Below are positions 56,920-64,000 of a stretch of 64,000 nt of DNA, in pieces. Every line of letters starts with the position of its first letter. The first letter of the stretch is position 1. Source of the stretch: a virus; the IMG/VR virus record IMGVR_UViG_3300042541_002760, one strand, 5' to 3'. Both the position numbers and the translations under genes were made by a program. The notes under the pieces were generated by a model. The model was not told the DNA's origin, searched no databases, and worked only from the letters and a program-made list of their open reading frames with translations.

Positions 56920-58388
56920 GATGTCTCCAATGCAAGTTCTGCTTTTTTGTAATCTGCAACTGGTTCTGCAAACGAATCTCTTGATACGGTCATTGTCATC
57001 AGATGTTCTCTATCCGTAACAACATGCTTAATGGCAGTAACCAAGTATCTTCCTTTGAGATAATCGTCTTCAAAGTTGTCTTTATTTTTAGTTGATTCTT
57101 TTGTGATTGTTCTGAAATCTATTACTTGCCCTACCACAACATTGGTATCCCCATAGCAATTCAGTATAAGATTAATAGAATTAATTTGGTTGAGTAATGA
57201 CTGTCGAATTAAGATAGTTTCATCAGGATCCGATACTTGTGCCAATCCCGACATTGAATATGTTGAGTTGGGATAAAATCGAATATGAGACTCTACTGCA
57301 TCGGTATAATCAATCTTTCCTCTTGGGACTAAAGGATTTTTCTCTAAATGAGATCCATCATTCATAAAGGACTTGTCATATTTAAATTGCGTTGAAGCCC
57401 ATGTTTTTGTAGTCATATCATGAGTCAATATTGCTGATGCAAGCATCCCCAAACTTTGTTGTTTGATTTTGTCTGTCATATCCTCAATAACATATGACTG
57501 TATATTTCTAAGTTCAGACTCTATCATTCTTATCCCATCATCGCTTCGAAATCCATCGGGATAATTTGTGTATGTGAATATAGGTGCTGCTTTTTTCAAA
57601 GCGGAAATCGGAACAAAATGATGTCCTCGTGAATTCTGAAACAACACATAATCACACATCGAAGTGTTATTTTTTGCTCTTGCTCGATGTGCCAACCAAT
57701 TGATGGCATACAGTGGTGTCCAATAAGGAATAACATATGAGCGAGTATCATAAGTTTCCACAACTGATGACAAATGAATCTTGTCATCGTCCAATGCTTC
57801 CCCAAGAAGACCGACTGCACCCCCAATCACGGCACCAACAACTGCACCAATTAACGGAACTGGTGTCCCAATAAGTGCTCCTGCCGCCGCGCCACTGCCC
57901 GCAGCCGAAAGCAATCCATTGTTTTCTCCGTTGTCTATTGCAAGATACTCATCAAATATGCTGCTTACCATTTTTGAAACAGGCATATTCACATACGATT
58001 TTGAAATTTTGCTCTGCATGCTCTTAATTGCCTGATGCGAGACAAATTCAATTCGAATCATTTGTGCCGACTCTTGTGCTGTCTCGGTCAGTACTGAAAT
58101 CTTGTAAGTTCGAAACACCAATCTAACAGGATCGCTCCCACTCATCGGGGTTCGATAGGTGATCGTAAGTGTTTCTGCTCCTATGATAGGAAAGTTCTTC
58201 GCCATATTCATCGAATCAATAAGCGTAATACTTCCAGACATGCAATTGGAAAAGATGTCTTCATAGATAACAAAATTCTCAAATACACCCTTGAGACTCA
58301 TAGTAAATCCAGTATAAGACTTAAGAGTAATCTCGTCTATCGAGACATCTCCTGGTTTATTCATCGTATCACTGCCGCTTTGTGTCAT
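56916..58388 (-). CDS. baseplate hub protein (gp27-like)
   Basis: IYED.F...MSG.I...D, PIIG.E, G.YLVT.I.H; immediately upstream of gp5. Confidence 0.78.
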   Translation of the reverse strand: MTQSGSDTMNKPGDVSIDEITLKSYTGFTMSLKGVFENFVIYEDIFSNCMSGSITLIDSMNMAKNFPIIGAETLTITYRTPMSGSDPVRLVFRTYKISVLTETAQESAQMIRIEFVSHQAIKSMQSKISKSYVNMPVSKMVSSIFDEYLAIDNGENNGLLSAAGSGAAAGALIGTPVPLIGAVVGAVIGGAVGLLGEALDDDKIHLSSVVETYDTRSYVIPYWTPLYAINWLAHRARAKNNTSMCDYVLFQNSRGHHFVPISALKKAAPIFTYTNYPDGFRSDDGIRMIESELRNIQSYVIEDMTDKIKQQSLGMLASAILTHDMTTKTWASTQFKYDKSFMNDGSHLEKNPLVPRGKIDYTDAVESHIRFYPNSTYSMSGLAQVSDPDETILIRQSLLNQINSINLILNCYGDTNVVVGQVIDFRTITKESTKNKDNFEDDYLKGRYLVTAIKHVVTDREHLMTMTVSRDSFAEPVADYKKAELALETS

Positions 58389-58396
58389 TTATTGCC

Positions 58397-59350
58397 TTAC
58401 CGAGAAACGGATGTCTGAAATAATTTTCTAAAATCTCTGAGGAGTGGATCGATATATTCGGGACGCATAATCTTGATATTTCGCTTTTTCTCATTGACTG
58501 TTTCTTCATGTGATATATTGGTGATGCTATTTGCATATCCCAAGGAATCGTCATTTTCGTCCACCCCCATATCAATGACCTCAACTCTTCCCAAAACATA
58601 TCGATCAATAAGCGAGGAAAAACTCTTCTGTCTGCTTCCATCATTCGCTAATGATGTAGGACGATAGAGCGGAGACATTACTTCGCCATCACTCTTTTCA
58701 AAGTGATGAAGTGCATATTGATTGTCATCAGTAATTCTCACCATAGGAGCCGATATTTGCTTTCCTTCGCTAGTTGTGGTGTAGATGTCACGAACCAATC
58801 TAGTCGGATCACCAATAACACTAGAATTTCTTGCCGCTTCTCCCTGAAGAGAAAAACTTCCTGTGATGTTATCTACTACAATTTTGTATAAATTGGGATC
58901 CCACAGTTTAATGGTTGCTGTTGCCAAGACTGTTCCATCTAGTGCCTTTTGTTGTATGACATCACCAACCTCAAAATGAACAACTCTACGATCCAACACA
59001 ATCCTCTTATCAACATCAAAAAGCATTGGAGGATATATGAAAATTGCTTTTCCTGCATATACCGATTGCATTTGGTGTTCCATTTCATTAATGCTTAGGG
59101 GCCAACTAAAGAACGGATCCAATATTTCATTGAACAGAAGAATGATCCAATGATAATCAGATCGTCCATATATGCGATCTGCTAAAGTCTCAGGTCTTTC
59201 CTCATCCTTGATTGTATACTTAAGATACCCCGACTGTGATTCTTTGATGCTATCTATAATCTTTCCTCGGGTTAATATATTTCGAGCAATGACTGTATTG
59301 CCATTACTATCTCGATATCCGACATTAGATAAAAAATTGAAGTATCCCAT
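58397..59350 (-). CDS. gp53: baseplate wedge subunit
   Basis: YF...., Y.I.D.ERPE..A..IYG....HWIIL..N.I.DP...WP, E...NE.KR.IK. Confidence 0.93.
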   Translation of the reverse strand: MGYFNFLSNVGYRDSNGNTVIARNILTRGKIIDSIKESQSGYLKYTIKDEERPETLADRIYGRSDYHWIILLFNEILDPFFSWPLSINEMEHQMQSVYAGKAIFIYPPMLFDVDKRIVLDRRVVHFEVGDVIQQKALDGTVLATATIKLWDPNLYKIVVDNITGSFSLQGEAARNSSVIGDPTRLVRDIYTTTSEGKQISAPMVRITDDNQYALHHFEKSDGEVMSPLYRPTSLANDGSRQKSFSSLIDRYVLGRVEVIDMGVDENDDSLGYANSITNISHEETVNEKKRNIKIMRPEYIDPLLRDFRKLFQTSVSR

Positions 59351-59358
59351 GTATTACC

Positions 59359-60516
59359 TTATGTTGATTGTTTGTCGCCCAATTCCCAGTTAAACCTCTC
59401 TCTAGTCAGAATTTCAAGTTCGCTAAATGTTAGTGACATTGTGATTTTTGTTGGTGCGGCACCAAACGCATCTTGACTGAATGTTGTAAAAGTGGTGTCT
59501 TCTCCATATTTAACACTGATTGACTTGAGAGCACATTTCAATATCTGTGGTAAATATCCATTCAAGGTACCATCACCCATCAAAAAACTAATTCCAAATT
59601 CTGCGGGATAATCTAAGAGGCGACCATTTCCCTCCGATCTCTTGGGGTGAGCATAATATTTCAACAATCCAATTATTTCATGACAATTCTGCATTTCTTC
59701 TTGATTTCGTGGAAGAAAGGTATATGCAAAGTTGAATTCTCGCCGCTTAACTTCTTTAAAAGTATGCAGTGCCATTGGATTTGTTACTTGTCGTTGCTGT
59801 GCTGATGCAAATTTAGAAAATGTTCCCGATTCTGCACCAACCAAATCTCCCAAAGAATCAAGTACTTTGAGATTTGCAAGTCCTAATTTCTTACCAATAT
59901 CTCTTGCTGCTGCCTGATCTCCTTGTGAAATTGCTTTTGCCAATTTGAGATTATCCAATGCTGCCATACTACTATCTTCATATTCAAGACCATAACCAAC
60001 CTCAAGCCCTGTGGGCATATAGAGATATATTGATTGAAGAATCTGCTGTGTCAATCCCGACAATCCCGTTTGTTCTTCGGTATAGGAGTCTCTTCCCAAT
60101 CCCTGACCCTGCAAGTCTCCGTCCGCGAGTGCTTGCTCTGCTGTATTAACGATTACTCCGAGTCCCGCCAAGATTGCACCACCTGCCGCACCAACCATTC
60201 CCGAAAGGTCAGTTGGTTGAGTTTGTGGTTTTTCACCTTTGCCTATAGAATCGGTTATCTTATCTACAAGACTACTTGTTATTATCTGAAATCGATTTCG
60301 TTTCGTGTCAAGAGTACCTCCCCCCGTATCATATATCTCAATCTTCATAACACTCTGTAGTGTGGGATTACTCAATAAGTCATACGGATATTTGTAATAT
60401 CCCCATGCCCTACCCGCATTGTAAAGTCGTTTCTCAAATTGACTTGAAGCGCGAGAAAGTAGTTTATCAACAGCATTGATTTCTTTTAAATTTTTTAGGC
60501 TACTGTATTCTTGCAT
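59359..60516 (-). CDS. gp48: baseplate tail tube cap
   Basis: IYLYMP, NP....F....REF.F...F.PRN..E, P..F, LTF.E.EILT. Confidence 0.88.
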   Translation of the reverse strand: MQEYSSLKNLKEINAVDKLLSRASSQFEKRLYNAGRAWGYYKYPYDLLSNPTLQSVMKIEIYDTGGGTLDTKRNRFQIITSSLVDKITDSIGKGEKPQTQPTDLSGMVGAAGGAILAGLGVIVNTAEQALADGDLQGQGLGRDSYTEEQTGLSGLTQQILQSIYLYMPTGLEVGYGLEYEDSSMAALDNLKLAKAISQGDQAAARDIGKKLGLANLKVLDSLGDLVGAESGTFSKFASAQQRQVTNPMALHTFKEVKRREFNFAYTFLPRNQEEMQNCHEIIGLLKYYAHPKRSEGNGRLLDYPAEFGISFLMGDGTLNGYLPQILKCALKSISVKYGEDTTFTTFSQDAFGAAPTKITMSLTFSELEILTRERFNWELGDKQST

Positions 60517-60522
60517 ATAGTG

Positions 60523-60545
60523 TATTTAGATGTCTTTGATAAATA
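60523..60545. promoter_or_regulatory. divergent pair of late promoters
   Basis: CTAAATA on minus (60523-60529) and ATAAATA on plus (60539-60545) at the strand switch. Confidence 0.6.
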
Positions 60546-61030
60546 GAATATACGGGAGAACCCTCATCGCAAACAACAAATCATACAAGGGAAGATACAC
60601 ACCAAAACGACCCGAAAAGTATAAGGGAGATCCCTCGATGTGCTTTTACCGATCATTGTGGGAAAGGCGCGTAATGGTTTTTTGCGATGAAAACGACTCT
60701 GTTACTAAATGGTCTTCGGAAGAAGTGGTTGTCCCGTATATTTCGCCTGTCGATGGGCGCAAACACCGTTACTTTGTGGACTTTTGGATGTGTCTTAAGA
60801 AGCCTGATGGCGGGATTGAGGAGTGTTTGATCGAGGTTAAACCCAAAAAACAAACAATAAAACCCGAGCAACCCAAATCAAAACGAATCTCCAAATCCAA
60901 GTTGTTTGAGATTAGAAATTGGCTGATTAACTCTGCAAAATGGGAAGCAGCAAAAGACTACTGCACAGATCGCGGTTGGAAATTTCGGATTCTAACAGAA
61001 GAAAACATCTTCGGTAAGGCTGGAAAATGA
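60530..61030 (+). CDS. gp4: head completion nuclease (TnsA-like)
   Basis: YKG.Y.P..P.KY.GD, YRS.WE, WSSEE..VPY..P.D...HRYF.DF, IEVKP..QT, KW.AA; true start may be ATC 60566. Confidence 0.93.
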   Translation: MSLINRIYGRTLIANNKSYKGRYTPKRPEKYKGDPSMCFYRSLWERRVMVFCDENDSVTKWSSEEVVVPYISPVDGRKHRYFVDFWMCLKKPDGGIEECLIEVKPKKQTIKPEQPKSKRISKSKLFEIRNWLINSAKWEAAKDYCTDRGWKFRILTEENIFGKAGK

Positions 61031-61617
61031 CAAAACAACAAGTAGTAAAAGTCCTAAAAGGGATGCAAGGAACGAATCTTCAACTTGGAGATGACCGAAC
61101 AACCCGTTGGTTGGCAACAAACCTATCCAAAATCAAAACAACCATGAATCAAAGAAACTTCATAGATTCAGGAAAAACAGTTATTCGAAAAAGTCTGACT
61201 CCTGGCAAGATGGTGTTCTATGGATATAGCCCCAAAACAAAAGATCAACTCATGTTTTGGGATGAATTTCCAATTACCATCATCCTACATCCTCAAAAAG
61301 ATGGATTTCTTGGTCTCAATTTGCACTATCTACCTCCGTCAGGAAGGGCAAATTTTTTAAACAATCTTCTTAAATATGTCTCCGACCCCAATTGGATAGC
61401 ACACAATAACACAAGCGTAGAGTTCAGAGTGACCTATGGGATGCTTAAGGGGTCAGCGATCATGAAGGCATACCGACCATGCATCAAGCGATATTATTAC
61501 AAACATATCGTATCAAAGGTTTCATTCATCTCTCCTCATGATTGGAAGACTGTTCCTTTCTTCCCTTTAGACAGATTCAAGGGCGCAAGCCGAAGCGATA
61601 TATGGGCACTCGCATGA
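61027..61617 (+). CDS. gp2: DNA end protector protein
   Basis: GKM.FY.Y.PK.K..L..WD.FP, GFLGLNLHYLP, PCIKRY. Confidence 0.9.
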   Translation: MTKQQVVKVLKGMQGTNLQLGDDRTTRWLATNLSKIKTTMNQRNFIDSGKTVIRKSLTPGKMVFYGYSPKTKDQLMFWDEFPITIILHPQKDGFLGLNLHYLPPSGRANFLNNLLKYVSDPNWIAHNNTSVEFRVTYGMLKGSAIMKAYRPCIKRYYYKHIVSKVSFISPHDWKTVPFFPLDRFKGASRSDIWALA

Positions 61618-61635
61618 TAGATACTGTATAGAAAC

Positions 61636-62658
61636 ATGGATACAAGCAGAATACGACCAGTTACGCCAGTTAAGAATCCCGAACCATCATTTCAGGATTC
61701 TGTCTATGGTCGCGCACGAGATACGGGATGGGCATCGGGGAACCGTTGGCTCACGATGATATTCCCCAACCAACAGGTGCGAGATGCCATTGGCATGAAT
61801 TTTGTTGTAGATGTTGCACGATTGGCAACTACATGCAAATCTGTAGCCATGAACGAACAGTCATGGTATAGCACCGAACAAAACTATATCGATGCAGGGC
61901 CAAGCCGCGTATTTCCATACAAGAGAAATACGAATAATGCTTCGGGTATAAAAATTCAGTTCAACTGTGGTACTGATATGTTTGAGAAGGAGTTTTTCGA
62001 GACATGGCTCAGATATATTCAGAATCCAGTTACTCGCCAATGGCGATACTATGACGAATATGCAAAGGGCAGTGAAATATTCCTAATGTTGCTCCCCAAC
62101 CATGTTCAGAATTTTGAAATGGCAATGCAAGCAATGAATAATGGTCAAATTGTTGGATATCGGTTTACTGAAGTCTATCCATTTTCGTTGAATATGAATG
62201 GTGGATCTCTAAACTATACAAACATCAATGAACCGCTGTTCTCGGATATTGGATTTATGTATCATGACATTCTTCCACTTTTACCCGACCGAATCGTATA
62301 CAGCAACACATTGCCCACAGTAACGGATACGGGATATCCTGTTATTGAAAGAGATAGATTCAAAGATATCCTGATGGCAAGTCAGTTGGGCATTGACAAG
62401 GCAGTCAACGGGTTTGCTCTAGGAACGATTGCAGAGCGTGGAGCGTTCAATGCTGTCCGTCAGCAACAACAGAGCATCCTGACGGCATATACACGGCAAC
62501 TAGAGGAATATAAAGCACAGGATCTCCCCCGAGGCGTAGATGGTAGAGTTGTATATGCAACTCCAAGACAGGGCGGTCTACAGGGAATGCTGACTCAAAT
62601 GTCGCAAGTTCAAGGATTTTTTGGAGAAGGCTTCTTTGGCAACGGATTTAACCCCTAA
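61636..62658 (+). CDS. gp54: baseplate tail tube initiator (gp19/gp54-like)
   Basis: EK.FFE.W...I, YYDEY, EVYP; between gp2 and gp26. Confidence 0.72.
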   Translation: MDTSRIRPVTPVKNPEPSFQDSVYGRARDTGWASGNRWLTMIFPNQQVRDAIGMNFVVDVARLATTCKSVAMNEQSWYSTEQNYIDAGPSRVFPYKRNTNNASGIKIQFNCGTDMFEKEFFETWLRYIQNPVTRQWRYYDEYAKGSEIFLMLLPNHVQNFEMAMQAMNNGQIVGYRFTEVYPFSLNMNGGSLNYTNINEPLFSDIGFMYHDILPLLPDRIVYSNTLPTVTDTGYPVIERDRFKDILMASQLGIDKAVNGFALGTIAERGAFNAVRQQQQSILTAYTRQLEEYKAQDLPRGVDGRVVYATPRQGGLQGMLTQMSQVQGFFGEGFFGNGFNP

Positions 62659-62680
62659 CTTTTCATCATAGGAGATCGTA

Positions 62681-63388
62681 ATGGCACTTTCAGGAATTCT
62701 CGCATCAGTACCGAAACATCAGACAACTTTGCCTGTTAGTGGCAAAAAGATTGAGTATCGTCCATTTATTGTCAAAGAGGAAAAAATCCTCTTTATGGCA
62801 TCAGAAAGCAAAGACGAAAAAACAATCAATAGTGCAATTCGAGAAGTAATTTCGGCATGCACGGGTGGGACTGTTGATGTATTCAAGTTGCCGATTGCAG
62901 ATATGGAATACCTATTTCTCCAATTGAGAAGTCATTCTGTTGGAGAAACCGCAAAACCAAACATTAAATGTTCAAAATGCGAGATTCCGAATGAATGCGA
63001 AATCAATCTCAAGGAGATTAAACCAACCATAGATCCAAAGCATACCAAAGTAATTACGGTTGTAGATGATATCAGCATACAGATGCGATATCCAACCATG
63101 GACGATCTTCAAGATATTACCACACAATCCGATGTCGAACGAGCACTTACAATATTGGTCAAATCGATTGATAAGGTGTATCAGGGCGAAATCATTCATA
63201 ATGCTGCTGAGATGGACGAAGCAGAAGTTCGCAACTTTGTGGAAGAACTAACACAAGATCAATTCAAGCGGCTCTTTGAGTTCATTGAAACCATGCCCAA
63301 ATTGGAAAAGAAAGTTGAGTTTAAATGTAAGAGTTGTGGGCATGAAAATACTACAGTACTCAAGGGGATCACAAGTTTTTTCTCGTAG
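62681..63388 (+). CDS. gp26: baseplate hub assembly protein
   Basis: LP.SGK.I.YRPF.VKEEK.L, D.EYLFL.LR..SVGE, M.YP, F.ETMPKL, CxxC, G..SFF. Confidence 0.93.
   Translation: MALSGILASVPKHQTTLPVSGKKIEYRPFIVKEEKILFMASESKDEKTINSAIREVISACTGGTVDVFKLPIADMEYLFLQLRSHSVGETAKPNIKCSKCEIPNECEINLKEIKPTIDPKHTKVITVVDDISIQMRYPTMDDLQDITTQSDVERALTILVKSIDKVYQGEIIHNAAEMDEAEVRNFVEELTQDQFKRLFEFIETMPKLEKKVEFKCKSCGHENTTVLKGITSFFS
63376..63382 (+). other. candidate -1 programmed frameshift heptamer
   Basis: T TTT TTC in gp26 frame two codons before its stop; -1 frame open into gp51-like ORF. Confidence 0.55.
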
Positions 63389-63414
63389 CCTCCACTCATG
63401 ACAATTTATTGAAT

Positions 63415-63576
63415 ATGCTCTCGGTTAACTTTGCGATGATGCAGAATTTTCACTACACACTTGAAGACCTTGAAGGCATGATGTCATGGGAACGGAGGAT
63501 TTATATCGAACTGCTGATGCAGCATCTAAAGGAAGAAAAAGAGAGAATGGAATCGATGAAGAGTCAGGAACGATAA
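63415..63576 (+). CDS. gp51: baseplate hub assembly chaperone (gp51-like), not in ORF track
   Basis: NFAMMQNFHYTLEDLEGMMSWERRIYIELL matches the NF.LMQ...Y.L..LE.M..WER.IY..LL pattern. Confidence 0.8.
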   Translation: MLSVNFAMMQNFHYTLEDLEGMMSWERRIYIELLMQHLKEEKERMESMKSQER

Positions 63577-63588
63577 AGGATAAGTCAG

Positions 63589-64000
63589 ATGGCAGGAGAA
63601 CCAACAAATCAATCGGGACAGCCAACGCCACCCATCAATCAAGATGGAATTGCTATTCCTATTCAAACTCCTCCTCCACCACCGTCTCTTAAACCCACAT
63701 TCGATCCTGAAAAAGAAAAGGCGGCAGCAAAGGCACTTGAAGATTTTCAAGCAACCATAAATGCAGTTGAAAAGGATTCTCAAAAATACATAGCAACGCT
63801 TAAGAAACTTGAGCAAGTCGAGTCTAAGCATAGCGAAAAAAAGCAAAAAGTTCTTGCTGCTGAAGATAAAAGATTAGAGTTTGAACGCAAATCTGCAACT
63901 GAAAATAAGAAGTTCAGAGATTCCGCAGGTGAGTGGAAATTGTCTATTGACGGCGCAAGAGAAGCAATGGATCTGCATGAAGCAGATCTTAAACTCTATA
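63589..64000 (+). CDS. 3'-truncated coiled-coil protein, probable tape measure/gp29-like N-terminus
   Basis: MAGEPTNQ..., open to window end, AAGGA RBS, located after gp26/gp51. Confidence 0.5.
   Translation, partial: MAGEPTNQSGQPTPPINQDGIAIPIQTPPPPPSLKPTFDPEKEKAAAKALEDFQATINAVEKDSQKYIATLKKLEQVESKHSEKKQKVLAAEDKRLEFERKSATENKKFRDSAGEWKLSIDGAREAMDLHEADLKLY

Noticed and set aside
13376-60360. Numerous plus-strand ORFs opposite structural genes
   Set aside because: Antisense shadows of well-conserved minus-strand genes, with no RBS or motifs
41480-63388. Bacterial contractile injection system/T6SS (PAAR, gp5, gp25)
   Set aside because: Capsid, portal, terminase and neck genes are present, so this is a phage tail
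63425-63846. Track ORFs 63425..63631, 63486..63692, 63526..63846
   Set aside because: Overlap better-supported gp51-like and 63589 ORFs in other frames
1-64000. Stop-codon reassignment
   Set aside because: Core genes are full length under the standard code and end in TAA, TGA and TAG

Overview
64 kb segment of a large T4-like (T4-superfamily myovirus) bacteriophage genome. 1-13.3 kb is a + strand early/accessory region of small ORFs driven by sigma70-type promoters. It includes a Zn-deaminase, a metallophosphoesterase, GDP-mannose 4,6-dehydratase, a SAM methyltransferase cassette and several paralog families. It also carries genes with Planctomycetota (Phycisphaerae)-style signatures: a prepilin/DUF1559-like protein and two proteases ending in DxNxDGxVDGxDLxxLLxxWG dockerin-like repeats. 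These suggest a planctomycete host. 13.3-60.5 kb (- strand) and 60.5-64 kb (+ strand) hold a near-complete T4-type morphogenesis module (gp3 x2, gp23, 22, 21, 20, 19, 18, 17, 16, 15, 14, 13, tail fibres, DUF4815/VrlC-like, gp8, 7, 6, 25, PAAR, gp5, hub, gp53, 48, 4, 2, 54, 26, 51-like, probable tape measure), with (A/C)TAAATA late promoters. Most notable candidates: (1) a virion O-glycosylation system, with a late-expressed GT2-TPR glycosyltransferase between the tail-fibre genes, pervasive G-x-T-G/A motifs in virion proteins, and gmd; (2) a host-derived secretome toolkit (pilin-like protein, two dockerin-tagged proteases) plus a lipoprotein/coiled-coil/TM unimolecular-spanin candidate; (3) a T TTT TTC -1 frameshift fusing gp26 to the gp51-like ORF just before the probable tape measure gene. 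All calls come from motif recognition and synteny only; no searches were run.
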